A stretch of DNA of 64,000 nucleotides from Flavobacteriales bacterium UBA6693 (GTDB lineage Bacteria; Bacteroidota; Bacteroidia; Flavobacteriales; Weeksellaceae). Below, piece by piece: positions 1-9,966 of this stretch; within the stretch, counting starts at the first letter, position 1, and each line of letters opens with the position of its first letter. The notes beneath the pieces were generated by a model that saw only the letters and a program-made list of their open reading frames with translations, did not search any database and was not told where the DNA came from. The DNA is taken from contig DKJL01000010.1 in assembly GCA_002454815.1 (NCBI GenBank), positions 348,617-412,616 on the forward strand, given 5' to 3'. Position numbers and translations under genes: made by a program.

Positions 1-20
1 TTTGATTTTTACTTAAAATA

Positions 21-48
21 AAAAAACCCGTTACGAAACGGGCTTTTC
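21..48 (-). terminator. Rho-independent terminator downstream of the M3 peptidase gene
   Basis: Stem cccgtt(27-32)/aacggg(37-42) with a 4-nt loop. On the minus strand it is followed by a T-run (complement of A21-A26). It lies just beyond the stop codon at 54-56. Confidence 0.6.
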
Positions 49-53
49 TGTTT

Positions 54-2063
54 TTAGTTGCCAAACGCCCGGATCAGCAAACTTTCGACTTGCGGCTCGC
101 GGCCGCGGAATTCTTTGTACAGTTCCATAGGATCTTTTGTCCCGCCCGCAGCGAGCATTTTCTTATATTTCGCGGCAATTTCGGAATTAAAAATACCGTT
201 TTCTTTAAAATAATTAAATGCGTCAGCATCAAGCACCTCCGCCCACTTATAAGAATAATAACCCGCCGAATAGCCGCCCTGGAAAATATGAGAAAAACTG
301 GTGCTCATCAGCGTATCCGGGTTGCTTGGGTAGAGATGCGTTGCTTTGGTTTCTTCGGTTTCAAATGTTTTAATATCACCGATTTTCTCCCTGGTATGGT
401 AGCTCATATCCAACAGTCCAAAACCGATTTGTCGCACGGTTTGATAACCTTCCATGAAATTTTTTGATGCATTGATTTTGTTGATTTTTTCCGCCGGCAA
501 AACTTCTCCGCTTTGATAGTGCTGAGCAAATGTCTGCAGGAACTCCGGTTCATAGCAATAATTTTCCAGGAACTGCGACGGCAATTCGACAAAATCCCAT
601 TTCACCGAGGTGCCCGAAAGATTCGGATAAGTGGTATTGGCCAAAACGCCGTGCAGCGCGTGCCCGAACTCGTGAAAAAGCGTAGTGACCTCCTGAAAGG
701 TGAGCAGACTTGGCGTTTGCCCGGCAGGTTTGGTAAAATTACAAACGACTGAGATATGGGGGCGATGGTTTTCGCCGTTTTTCTTGAACTGGTTTCGGAA
801 ACTCGTCATCCAGGCGCCGGCGCGTTTTCCTTTCCGCGGAAAATAATCGGCGTAGAGAAGTGCTTTAAATCCGCCGTCTTCGAAGATTTCGTACGTTTTT
901 ACGTCATCATGATATTTCGGTACGTCGGCAGTTTCCCGGAAGTCGAGACCAAACAGCGTTTTGGCCAAACGGAAAACGGCTTCCTGCACTCGTTCTAAGG
1001 GAAAGAACGGTTTCAGTTCCTCATCATCAATGTCAAATTTTTGCTTTCGAAGTTTTTCTGCGTAGAAAGCATGATCGTAACTTTGAATATCATCAATGCC
1101 ATCCGCTTTGGCGAGTGCGGCAAGTTCTTCAATTTCTGTTCCGGCAAACGGTTTGGCTTTTTCCAGTAAATCGTTAAGGAATTTTGTGACGTCGGCCGGC
1201 GATTTTGCCATTCTTTCTTCCAATACAAAATCGGCGTAAGTAGCGTAGCCTAAAAGCTTGGCTTTCTGCTGTTTAAGTTCAATGATTTCTCGGATAAGGT
1301 TTTGGTTGTCGTAGTCGTTGTTCTGAAAGCCTTTTTTGCCGTTGGCCAAGGCCAGTTCTTTCCGCAGTGCACGGTTTTCCGCATACGTCATAGCCGGCAT
1401 ATAGCTGGGATATTGCAGCGTAAGAACAAATCCGTCAAGTCCGCGCTCTTTCGCTTCGTCACGGTAAGATTGCAATATGGCTTCGGGAAGGCCTGCGAGT
1501 TCGGTTTCGTCGGTAATATGTCTGTAGTAAGAATTGGTTTCAGCGAGAACATTTTCACCAAACTGCAGAGATTTTTGCGCCAGCTGAACGCTGATATCTT
1601 TGAATTTTTCTTTGTCACCATCGGTTAGCAAAGCACCGCTACGGACGAAACCTTTATAAGTTTCTTCCAACAGCATCCGTTGTTCATTATTTTGATTTAA
1701 ATTTTGGTCGTAAACGGCTTTCACTTTGGAAAAAAGTTTCGCGTTTTGAGAGATTCGTGCGGAAAATTCAGTCAGTAACGGAGAAACCTGTTGGGCGATC
1801 TTCTGAATTTCGTCATTCGTTTCAGCAGAATTCAAATTAAAAAAAATGCTTGAAACGATGTCCAGTTGCTGTCCTGAAAAGGCGAGTGCCTCAATAACGT
1901 TTTCGAATGTTGGCTCCGCTGTGTTTTGAACAATCTCGTTAATTTCCTGCTCAGACTGTTCGATAAGTTGCTTAAAAGCAGGCATAAAATGTTGTTCCTG
2001 AATTTTATCAAACGGTGCAGCATCGTGTAGGGTAGAAAATGGTTGTAACAGTGGATTTTGCAT
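54..2063 (-). CDS. dcp: M3 family metallopeptidase, peptidyl-dipeptidase Dcp-like
   Basis: Zinc motif HEFGH (TLFHEFGHALHG) sits in the C-terminal third of a ~670-aa protein. The track start at 2090 is TTG. The first ATG is at 2063 and gives MQNPLLQPF, a typical Dcp N-terminus. Confidence 0.85.
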   Translation of the reverse strand: MQNPLLQPFSTLHDAAPFDKIQEQHFMPAFKQLIEQSEQEINEIVQNTAEPTFENVIEALAFSGQQLDIVSSIFFNLNSAETNDEIQKIAQQVSPLLTEFSARISQNAKLFSKVKAVYDQNLNQNNEQRMLLEETYKGFVRSGALLTDGDKEKFKDISVQLAQKSLQFGENVLAETNSYYRHITDETELAGLPEAILQSYRDEAKERGLDGFVLTLQYPSYMPAMTYAENRALRKELALANGKKGFQNNDYDNQNLIREIIELKQQKAKLLGYATYADFVLEERMAKSPADVTKFLNDLLEKAKPFAGTEIEELAALAKADGIDDIQSYDHAFYAEKLRKQKFDIDDEELKPFFPLERVQEAVFRLAKTLFGLDFRETADVPKYHDDVKTYEIFEDGGFKALLYADYFPRKGKRAGAWMTSFRNQFKKNGENHRPHISVVCNFTKPAGQTPSLLTFQEVTTLFHEFGHALHGVLANTTYPNLSGTSVKWDFVELPSQFLENYCYEPEFLQTFAQHYQSGEVLPAEKINKINASKNFMEGYQTVRQIGFGLLDMSYHTREKIGDIKTFETEETKATHLYPSNPDTLMSTSFSHIFQGGYSAGYYSYKWAEVLDADAFNYFKENGIFNSEIAAKYKKMLAAGGTKDPMELYKEFRGREPQVESLLIRAFGN

Positions 2064-2298
2064 AAATAAATTATTTGGGTAATGCTGCAATTTACGGAAA
2101 AATAGCGGTCTTGATTTGCTTTAATTGTTTTTCGTAAATCGCTGCGCGAGATAAATTCCAGTCGAGCAAAATTTCGGCGCGGGCAAAAACTCAGGAATAA
2201 TTTAAGGAAAACAGGCATTGATAAATATTCTTAAATCCTATTCGGTTTAAATATGAAAAAGTAACAACGCCGGAATGCAGCAGCTGAAATAATTACCT

Positions 2299-2306
2299 TA
2301 AATTTG
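2299..2306 (+). promoter_or_regulatory. Candidate Bacteroidota -7 box (TAAATTTG)
   Basis: Exact match to TAnnTTTG, 57 nt upstream of the ATG at 2363. No good -33 TTG was seen. Confidence 0.3.
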
Positions 2307-2362
2307 TCGCTTATCGCGCGCGACCCACTTTGCTGCGCTATTAAAAAACAGAAAACAGACCT

Positions 2363-3436
2363 ATGAGAAAATTAACAGCCATCGCGCTTATTGCTATAAC
2401 TTTCACCGCTTGCAAAAAAGAAACAAAATCAGTTACAAAAGTTGATCCGGTAACGGGCGAAACCGTGACGGTGGAAGTTCCGGTAAATGATTCTGCTGCA
2501 ACAGTCGGCGAGGCGCCCGCTTCGGTACAGAACACTGCAAAACCGGCAATCTACGCTGAAAATGGTTTGTACAAGCAGACTTTTAAACTCGAAAAAGGAA
2601 AAACCTATCCCCTGATCACCAAGCAAAAAGATGTGCAAACGGTAACCGGTCCCGACGGGAAAACGCAAAGTGGCACCAGTGAAATGACGGATGAAATGTC
2701 CTTTACGGTAAACGATGTGAAGGATGGCGTGTACGACATATCAATCAATCTGCTGGGCAAACGCAACGGCCAATCCGCGAATGGAAAATCGGTTTCGGTG
2801 GATACGGGACAGGCGGAGCCAAAAGATGAACAGCTGAAAATGATGTGGAAAGTAAATAAGGCGCTCGTCGGCAACAAACTGATGATGAAAATGGATACGA
2901 CGGGGAAAGTAATTTCCATCACCGGTTTTGATCCTGTTTACAAAAAAGTGAACGCAGCCGTGGCAGGAGCGATTACCGATGCAAAAGACCGAACGGCGTT
3001 CAGCAACAGTTTTAAGCAAAGTTTTAACGAAAAAGTACTGCGTGAACAGTTTGATAAAAATTTGGTTTTAATTCCAAAAAAAGGGGTGAAGATTGGTGAA
3101 TCCTGGACGAACAGTGAAAACGCTTCTCCCGACGGAAAAATAAAACTTACCACTACGTACACTTTAAAGAACGTAAACAACGGCGTGGCCGAAGTTTCCG
3201 TTTCCGGGGGTATTCCGAAAAAATCTGACAAACAGACGCAGGAAGGCATTACCCGCTCGATGTCGTCTGAACTGTCGCAAAACGGGAAGATATTGCTGGA
3301 CGAACAGACCGGTTGGGTGAAAAATCAAACGATTAATGTAAAGACCACACAATCTGAAACGCTGTCGGATGGCAAGCAATCTCAGACAATGAAGTCCACT
3401 TCGAACTCTACGGTCAACGTAAATCCCGGCTCGTAA
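2363..3436 (+). CDS. Putative lipoprotein of unknown function
   Basis: N-terminus MRKLTAIALIAITFTAC has a lipobox-like signal peptide with Cys17. The rest is hydrophilic and Thr/Lys-rich, with no catalytic motif recognised. Confidence 0.7.
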   Translation: MRKLTAIALIAITFTACKKETKSVTKVDPVTGETVTVEVPVNDSAATVGEAPASVQNTAKPAIYAENGLYKQTFKLEKGKTYPLITKQKDVQTVTGPDGKTQSGTSEMTDEMSFTVNDVKDGVYDISINLLGKRNGQSANGKSVSVDTGQAEPKDEQLKMMWKVNKALVGNKLMMKMDTTGKVISITGFDPVYKKVNAAVAGAITDAKDRTAFSNSFKQSFNEKVLREQFDKNLVLIPKKGVKIGESWTNSENASPDGKIKLTTTYTLKNVNNGVAEVSVSGGIPKKSDKQTQEGITRSMSSELSQNGKILLDEQTGWVKNQTINVKTTQSETLSDGKQSQTMKSTSNSTVNVNPGS

Positions 3437-3483
3437 TTATTATCCGGCGGTGGCCGGAAGCTCATTTTTATAGAAAACACGAC

Positions 3484-3705
3484 ATGAAATTTATTTTAGA
3501 ATTAATTCTTACGACGGTCATCATTTTTTTCGTCTGGAATTTTTTAAAAAGAATCTTTTTCACCACACTTTTCAAGTTTCCCAGACGGCCGGCGCCGCAC
3601 GAAGATGTGCGGCAGCAGAAAACGAAAAAGAAACTTGATTCGGAACTGAACTGGGATGCCGAAACGGTGGATTATGAAGAGATAAAAGAAAACGACACCA
3701 AATAA
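3484..3705 (+). CDS. Small membrane protein, DUF4834-like
   Basis: 73 aa with one N-terminal TM helix, a basic linker and an acidic tail containing VDYEEIK. This layout matches my recollection of DUF4834 proteins. It lies 38 nt upstream of the YfhO gene. Confidence 0.5.
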   Translation: MKFILELILTTVIIFFVWNFLKRIFFTTLFKFPRRPAPHEDVRQQKTKKKLDSELNWDAETVDYEEIKENDTK

Positions 3706-3743
3706 AACGTTGCTGATTCCAGCATTTTTTCACTAAAATATTT

Positions 3744-6305
3744 ATGGCTCCAAAGTACCGTAATCTTATCATCTGCGCCGCTGCGCTGCTTCTGTTTATT
3801 GTCGTGGCACTCGTCTACGCGAATCCCGTCCTGACCGGCAAACAACTTTTTCAGCACGACATTGTGCAGTACAAAGGCGGAGCAAAAGAGTTGCTGGATT
3901 ATCGGGCAGAACACGGTAAAGAAACGTACTGGAGCGATTCCATGTTTGGAGGGATGCCGACTTACCAAATGGGCGCACAGTTTCGTGGCGACGTCATCAA
4001 AAATATCGACAACCTGCTGAATTTCCTTCCGAAGCCGGCGAATTATCTTTTCCTGCTTTTTTCAGGATTTTTCTTGCTGGGTATTGTGGCAGTACGCGAC
4101 TGGCGCTTTGCGTTACTGGGTGCTAGTTTTTTCGGCTTGTCAACGTATTTCTATATCGCTTTGGCGGCCGGGCACAATGGTAAAATCCACACCGTCGCCT
4201 ATTTTGCACCGTTGCTGGCTGGGGTCTTGCTCGTTTACATTCGTCGGAAATATGTGGTCGGCTTTATTGTCACGTCACTCTTTATGGGACTGCAGATTGC
4301 AGCGAATCACCCGCAGATGACGTATTATCTTTTCATTGCGCTGGCGTTTCTTTTCCTTTCGGAACTCGTGAGGGCGATCACAAAACGTACTGACTGGCGG
4401 CATTTCGGTATTTCAACCGGTATCCTGGCGCTGGCTTTTACGCTTGGCGTCGGCATGAACTCCCAAAGACTCATGGCCAACTCGGAATACGTTACAGAAA
4501 CCGTTCGCGGCAAGCAAATACTTAATACCGACAGTCATACCTCGGGCAACTCCGGGATGGACAAAGAAAGTATGCTCATGTGGAGCTATGGAAAACTGGA
4601 AACGCTGAATCTTTTTATTCCACGCCTCATGGGCGGCTCCAGCAATGAAGCGGGATCCGATGAAATGATGGCACGCGTACAGGAATTGGTGCAGAGTAAC
4701 GTAAGCTCTCAGGAAGAAATGGACCGCATCGGTAAAGGTTTCGGCTCGCTTACGTATTGGGGCGAGCAGCCCGGCACCTCCGGACCGGCCTATCAGGGTG
4801 CGGTAGTCTGTTTTTTGGCACTGCTTGGTTTTTTCTTTGCCCGCAAAAAATATCGTTATTGGATTTTAGGCGCCTTCGTGCTTACTGTGCTTCTTGCCTG
4901 GGGAAGTAATTTCCTTTTCGTCTCCGATTTTTTCATCGATTATGTTCCGTTTTATAACAAGTTTAGAGCGCCAAGTTCTGTTTTGGTCATACCTGAACTT
5001 TTGCTGCCGTTAATTGCTATTTTGGGGCTATATCGGTTTTTGAACGGGAATTTAAATACCGACACAGAAGTACTGGACGATGTGCGCAGGCAAAAAATTC
5101 TGCTTTATGTGTCAGCGGCGGTCTTAGGTTTTACCGTACTGCTTTTGCTTGGTGGCAAATCCATACTGGGTTTTTATACGCAGCGCGAAAAAACTTATCT
5201 GCCGCCTTACCTTCTTGATTTTCTGGTGGACGAGCGTTACGGTATGTTCGCCGCCGACGCGGTGAAAGCCATAATTTTCGTGGGCATTACTGCCGGCGTT
5301 TTATATTTAAATTTAAAGAAAAAAATCAGCGTCAATGTCGCGCTTCTGATCATCGGGCTCGTCAGTCTTTTTGATTTATGGAGTGTGGACCGCCTTTACT
5401 TGAACAACGATAATTTCATCGACCGTTCATTCACAGAAAATCCTTTTCAGACCGAAAATTCGGATTTGCTGATGCAGAAAGTCGGCGATAATGCGAATTT
5501 AAGAACGCTGCTGGAACATGCAACCGTAAATAAAACCTTGGAAACGCTCAGCGACAAGGATCCGTCGCACTATCGTATTTATAACCAAACGCTGGGCGCC
5601 TTTGGTGAAACCAATACTTCTTATTTCAAATCGTCCGTCGGTGGTTATCATGCGGTGAAGTTGCGCCGTTATGACGACCTTATTAACGAATATTTTGGCA
5701 AAATGGATACCGCCAAGGTGCCGCGCATTTTGAATATGCTGAATGTAAAGTACATGATTTTTGGTTCTCCCGAAGATCCGCAACCAGTGGTCAATGCGGA
5801 TGCCAACGGCAATGCGTGGTTTGTTTCCGATATTATTATCGCCAAAACTCCAAATGAAGAATTGGATTTAATTGGCACGACCGACACCAAAAAGACTGCT
5901 GTGATCGGTTCAGAAGATGCCGATTATTTTCAGAGTAAAGCAATGAAGTCTGATTCCACTGCATTTTTGAATCTGGAAAAATATCAGGCTGATCAGCTGG
6001 AATTCAGTACCCAGTCGCAGACGCCGCAACTTGCCGTTTTTTCGGAAATCTACTACCCGAAAGGCTGGAAAGTTTTTATTGACGACCAGCAAGTGCCGTA
6101 CATCAAAGCCAATTACCTGCTGCGCGCGGTACATGTACCAGCAGGAAAACACAGCGTGAAAATGATTTTTGCACCGGAAGTAATCGCAACCGGTAAAATT
6201 ATTTCGATGATTGCTTTCTTTTTATTTCTAATCCTTTCAACCGGCGGACTTTACTGGATTTATCGCGAAAGAAAGAAAGTGGTCGTTGAACCTTTAGTTC
6301 AATAA
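3744..6305 (+). CDS. YfhO family polytopic membrane protein (putative glycosyl-transfer/flippase-type protein)
   Basis: 853 aa with about 12 or more hydrophobic segments, a large C-terminal extracytoplasmic domain and a final TM helix. The N-terminal LTGKQLFQHDIVQYKGGAKELLDYR...WSDSMFGGMPTYQ region resembles YfhO family members. Confidence 0.7.
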   Translation: MAPKYRNLIICAAALLLFIVVALVYANPVLTGKQLFQHDIVQYKGGAKELLDYRAEHGKETYWSDSMFGGMPTYQMGAQFRGDVIKNIDNLLNFLPKPANYLFLLFSGFFLLGIVAVRDWRFALLGASFFGLSTYFYIALAAGHNGKIHTVAYFAPLLAGVLLVYIRRKYVVGFIVTSLFMGLQIAANHPQMTYYLFIALAFLFLSELVRAITKRTDWRHFGISTGILALAFTLGVGMNSQRLMANSEYVTETVRGKQILNTDSHTSGNSGMDKESMLMWSYGKLETLNLFIPRLMGGSSNEAGSDEMMARVQELVQSNVSSQEEMDRIGKGFGSLTYWGEQPGTSGPAYQGAVVCFLALLGFFFARKKYRYWILGAFVLTVLLAWGSNFLFVSDFFIDYVPFYNKFRAPSSVLVIPELLLPLIAILGLYRFLNGNLNTDTEVLDDVRRQKILLYVSAAVLGFTVLLLLGGKSILGFYTQREKTYLPPYLLDFLVDERYGMFAADAVKAIIFVGITAGVLYLNLKKKISVNVALLIIGLVSLFDLWSVDRLYLNNDNFIDRSFTENPFQTENSDLLMQKVGDNANLRTLLEHATVNKTLETLSDKDPSHYRIYNQTLGAFGETNTSYFKSSVGGYHAVKLRRYDDLINEYFGKMDTAKVPRILNMLNVKYMIFGSPEDPQPVVNADANGNAWFVSDIIIAKTPNEELDLIGTTDTKKTAVIGSEDADYFQSKAMKSDSTAFLNLEKYQADQLEFSTQSQTPQLAVFSEIYYPKGWKVFIDDQQVPYIKANYLLRAVHVPAGKHSVKMIFAPEVIATGKIISMIAFFLFLILSTGGLYWIYRERKKVVVEPLVQ

Positions 6306-7627
6306 TGACTCTGCGGAAGAAGATACTCGTTATTACTTATTATTGGCCACCTGCCGGCGGGCCCGGTGTTCAGCGTTGGCTGAAATTTGTAAAATATTTG
6401 CCGGAATTCGGCTGGGAACCTACCGTATTTATCCCGCAAAATGCAAGCTATCCGATTGTTGACGATACTTTATCAGGCGAAATTTCTGCTGACTTAAAAA
6501 TACTGCGCCAACCGATCTGGGAGCCTTATCACCTGGCGGAACTTTTCGGAAAAAGCAACAAAAAGTTTAAAGCAGGCCAGTTCGACGTAGCTGAAAATCA
6601 GTCGTGGAAATCAAAACTGTCGATCTGGGTGCGCGGAAATTTCTTTATTCCCGATGCGAGGATTTTCTGGGTAAAACCGTCGGTGCGACGACTGAAGAAA
6701 TATTTAGAAGAAAATAATTTCGATGCGATTGCAACTACCGGCCCGCCGCATTCCGTTCATCTTATCGGCTTGGCGCTCAAAAAGCATTTCCCGGATTTGC
6801 CTTGGGTGGCCGACTTCCGCGATCCGTGGACCGAAATTTCCTACTATCAACATTTAAAATTAACTCAAAGCGCCGACCGAAAACATCGTGCGTTAGAACA
6901 GGAAGTTTTTAAAACTGCCAATGTAACGCTGGCCACAAGTTATGCGGACGCTGAGAACTTCAGCGCGCAAGGTGCACACGCGGTCTGTATTACTAACGGC
7001 TTCGATTTAAATACTTCCCAAATACAAAATAGAGCGGCTTTTCGTTCGGATCAGTTTACATTGTCTTACATCGGAGTGCTTGAACAACTTCGCAATCCCG
7101 TGATTCTTTGGCAGCAATTAGAGCAGATTTTGCACGAAAACAAAGATTTTAAAAAACATTTTGTGTTGAAGTTCGTCGGGCGAATTGATGATCAGATTTT
7201 GGCAAAACTGCAGTCGGACAACCTTGGTGACCATATCGAAAACAAAGGTTATTTATCGCACGGCGAAGCTAATCAGGAAATGAAAACGTCTGAACTTCTG
7301 CTGATCACTAATTTCGCCGACGAACGTTCCAAAGGAATTATTCCCGGAAAAATATTTGAATATCTTGCTGCAGGTAAAGAAATTTTATCCTTTGGGCCGG
7401 CCGGCAGCGACGTTCAAAAAATTATGGAGGAAACAAACGCCGGAAAACACTTTACACACAGTGCAGATGCCGAAACTTTAAAAAGATACCTCCTCGAAAG
7501 ATTTGAGCTTTGGAAAAATGGCAGCACAGAAATTCAAAAACGCGACATACAGCAATTTTCACGACGTAATCTTACCGCGTCGCTGGCAGAATTACTTAAT
7601 TCATTGCTGGCAGAAAATAAACAATAG
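6305..7627 (+). CDS. Glycosyltransferase (GT4-like, GT-B fold)
   Basis: 440 aa. The N-terminal KILVITYYWPPAGGPGVQR region and the C-terminal GIIPGKIFEYLAAGKEIL region (an E-x7-E-like sugar-nucleotide site) fit a GT-B fold. Its ATG overlaps the YfhO stop (TAATG at 6303-6307). Confidence 0.65.
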   Translation: MTLRKKILVITYYWPPAGGPGVQRWLKFVKYLPEFGWEPTVFIPQNASYPIVDDTLSGEISADLKILRQPIWEPYHLAELFGKSNKKFKAGQFDVAENQSWKSKLSIWVRGNFFIPDARIFWVKPSVRRLKKYLEENNFDAIATTGPPHSVHLIGLALKKHFPDLPWVADFRDPWTEISYYQHLKLTQSADRKHRALEQEVFKTANVTLATSYADAENFSAQGAHAVCITNGFDLNTSQIQNRAAFRSDQFTLSYIGVLEQLRNPVILWQQLEQILHENKDFKKHFVLKFVGRIDDQILAKLQSDNLGDHIENKGYLSHGEANQEMKTSELLLITNFADERSKGIIPGKIFEYLAAGKEILSFGPAGSDVQKIMEETNAGKHFTHSADAETLKRYLLERFELWKNGSTEIQKRDIQQFSRRNLTASLAELLNSLLAENKQ

Positions 7628-7635
7628 CCGGACAC

Positions 7636-7668
7636 AAAAAAAAACCGGAGCAGCGGTCCGGTTTGAAG
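7636..7668. terminator. Bidirectional terminator between convergent genes
   Basis: Stem aaccgga(7643-7649)/tccggtt(7657-7663). It is flanked by an A9 run on the 5' side and TTT on the 3' side. It sits between the GT gene (+) and the cysteine synthase-like gene (-). Confidence 0.65.
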
Positions 7669-7680
7669 TTTTACTGAAGG

Positions 7681-8661
7681 CTAGAGCCAGCCCATTTCTT
7701 TCATCCATTCGTCGTTGTACACTTTGCCCACGTAGCGGGAACCATGATCGTGCAGCAGCACAACCACAATGTCATCTTTGGTAAAACGGTCTTTCATCTG
7801 CACCAGCGCTGCAATGGCGCTTCCGGCGGAATAACCGCAGAAAATCCCTTCTTCCTTGGCGAGTTTTCTGGCGTATAGGGCGCCATCTTTGTCCGTTACT
7901 TTTTCAAAATGATCGATGACTGACATGTCGTAATTTTCCGGAATAATATCTTCGCCAATACCTTCGGTTAGATAAGAATAAGCGTTTTCCGGATTAAATT
8001 TTCCTGTCTCGTGGTATTCTTTTAAAATCGATCCGTGCGTATCGACCCCGATAATCTGGATGTCCGGATTTTTTTCCTTGAAAAAGCGCCCGCAACCTGT
8101 CACCGTTCCGCCCGTCCCGGCACCCGCCACGAAGTGGGTCAGTTTTCCGTCAGTTTGCGCCCAAATTTCGGGAGCAGTCGATTCATAATGCGCTTGCCTG
8201 TTGGAGAGGTTATCGTACTGATTAACGTACCACGAATTTTCGGTTTCTTCTGCCAACCTTCGCGAAACACTGTAATAAGACCGCGGATCTTCCGGCGTTA
8301 CGTCGGTAGGGCAGACGACCACTTCCGCACCAACTGCTTTCAAAATATCATTTTTCTCTTTCGACTGTTTCGAATTGGTAACGAAAATACATTGGTAGCC
8401 TTTGACGATTGCGGCCAGGGCAAGGCCCATTCCCGTATTTCCGCTGGTACCTTCGATGATGACACCGCCCGGTTTTAGCCGTCCGTCTTTTTCGGCATCT
8501 TCCACCATTTTTACGGCCATGCGGTCTTTCACCGAATTTCCGGGGTTAAAGGTTTCAATCTTAGCTAAGACAAGCGCCGGAAAATCTTCACCCAAGACCT
8601 TATTAAGTTTAACCAGAGGAGTATTACCGATGGTTCCGAGTATGTTTTCTGAATAATTCAT
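7681..8661 (-). CDS. PLP-dependent cysteine synthase / cystathionine beta-synthase family enzyme
   Basis: The PLP-lysine motif NPGNSVKDR and the glycine loop GTSGNTG are present. The track start at 8694 is TTG. The ATG at 8661 gives MNYSENILGTIGNTPLV, a typical family N-terminus. Confidence 0.85.
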   Translation of the reverse strand: MNYSENILGTIGNTPLVKLNKVLGEDFPALVLAKIETFNPGNSVKDRMAVKMVEDAEKDGRLKPGGVIIEGTSGNTGMGLALAAIVKGYQCIFVTNSKQSKEKNDILKAVGAEVVVCPTDVTPEDPRSYYSVSRRLAEETENSWYVNQYDNLSNRQAHYESTAPEIWAQTDGKLTHFVAGAGTGGTVTGCGRFFKEKNPDIQIIGVDTHGSILKEYHETGKFNPENAYSYLTEGIGEDIIPENYDMSVIDHFEKVTDKDGALYARKLAKEEGIFCGYSAGSAIAALVQMKDRFTKDDIVVVLLHDHGSRYVGKVYNDEWMKEMGWL

Positions 8662-8736
8662 ATCTATTTTTACATTTATCAATTTCGTAAGCAAATCGTT
8701 TTAAATTACGAATATGCAAAGTTAATTGTTTTTGAC

Positions 8737-9966
8737 TTAATTGTACGTGATTGCTTTCACCGGTGATATTTTGCTGATAAGATAGCTTGGTAAAACCAAT
8801 GCGGCGCCTGACACAAAAAGAATCCCAACCGAAATCATTATGATATGTAACACGCTGATTTCTACCGGTACTACGCTCAGGTAATAGTTTTCGGGATTAA
8901 GAGTAATCAGTCCAAAATATTTTTGAAGCAACAAAAAACCAAGTCCGATTACATTTCCCAGTATCAGTCCCGGAATCATGATGAGCAAAGTATAATTAAT
9001 AAAAATAGTCCGGATCTGCCCGTTCGTCGCGCCCAGGGTTTTCAGCATCCCAATGGAGTTGGTGCGTTCGATGATAAGGATAAGCAGGACCATGATAATA
9101 TTAATAACCACTACAACGAGCATAATCGTTATGATCAAAGCGATATTCATGTCAAAAATGGCGATAAAATCCATGATCTGTGGATACTGATCTGTGGCTT
9201 TCACTGTGTAATTTTTGTAACCCACCAGCCGGTCAATCAGCGGAGCATCCCCGTCGATATTATTGATGTCTTTTAAAAAAACATCGAGACCGCCGACCTC
9301 ATCTTTGGCCATCCCCTGAATTTTCCGCGCATGATTGATTCCACCGATTACAAAAAGATCGTCGATCATTTTGATGTCGGTTTTATAGATGCCTACCACC
9401 TCGAATTTCCTGTATAAAGGGCTTTGATTCTCCTTGGAAAAAATGGCGACAATACTGTCTTTTACGCCCAAATGGAGGTCGTTTGCAATTTTTGTCGAAA
9501 TGCAGATTCCGTTATTATAACCCTCTTCCGTTACTTTTGGCGCAGTGCCTTTCACGATGAATTTTGCAAACCTTTCGCGGTTAAAATCCTTTCCGACTCC
9601 CTTGAAGATGATGCCCGCAAAGTTATGTTCGTTCCGCAATATTCCACTTACTGCCACGTATTTCTGAGTTGAAGCAACATCTTCAAGCTCTGTGATTTTT
9701 CGCAGTTGCAGCCCTTCGGTAGTGAGAACAGAGGAATTATAAGAATTGTTGGATTGTTTGGATTTAACTGAGATATGCCCCGAGAAATCTGCCATCCGTT
9801 CCTTTATCGCCTTTTTGGAGCCCAGACCGGTAGATACCGTGATGAGCGAAACAATGACGCCCAATGCCACGGAAAGCCGGCCAATAAAGACAATCACCCG
9901 TGAGAGATTATTTTTATTATCTTTGGAAAAAGCAATTTTTTTGGAAAAATATAACGGAAATTTCAA
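8737..9966 (-). CDS. FtsX-like ABC transporter permease, LolC/LolE family
   Basis: Architecture is TM1, a large periplasmic loop, then 3 C-terminal TM helices. The family N-terminus (L)KFPLYFSKKIAF begins at TTG 9966-9964. The 32 upstream codons of the track ORF look non-native. No ATPase gene is adjacent. Confidence 0.8.
   Translation of the reverse strand: MKFPLYFSKKIAFSKDNKNNLSRVIVFIGRLSVALGVIVSLITVSTGLGSKKAIKERMADFSGHISVKSKQSNNSYNSSVLTTEGLQLRKITELEDVASTQKYVAVSGILRNEHNFAGIIFKGVGKDFNRERFAKFIVKGTAPKVTEEGYNNGICISTKIANDLHLGVKDSIVAIFSKENQSPLYRKFEVVGIYKTDIKMIDDLFVIGGINHARKIQGMAKDEVGGLDVFLKDINNIDGDAPLIDRLVGYKNYTVKATDQYPQIMDFIAIFDMNIALIITIMLVVVVINIIMVLLILIIERTNSIGMLKTLGATNGQIRTIFINYTLLIMIPGLILGNVIGLGFLLLQKYFGLITLNPENYYLSVVPVEISVLHIIMISVGILFVSGAALVLPSYLISKISPVKAITYN

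Noticed and set aside
2314-2323. Perfect palindrome TCGCGCGCGA, a (CG)4 run, in the leader of the lipoprotein gene
   Set aside because: It is only 10 nt with no flanking half-sites or second copy. It could be a restriction-type site or an operator, but nothing further supports that.
9746-9922. Long 5' extension of the NamZ-like ORF (TTG 9746)
   Set aside because: It would overlap the permease gene by more than 200 nt on the opposite strand. It encodes non-homologous sequence ahead of the signal peptide.
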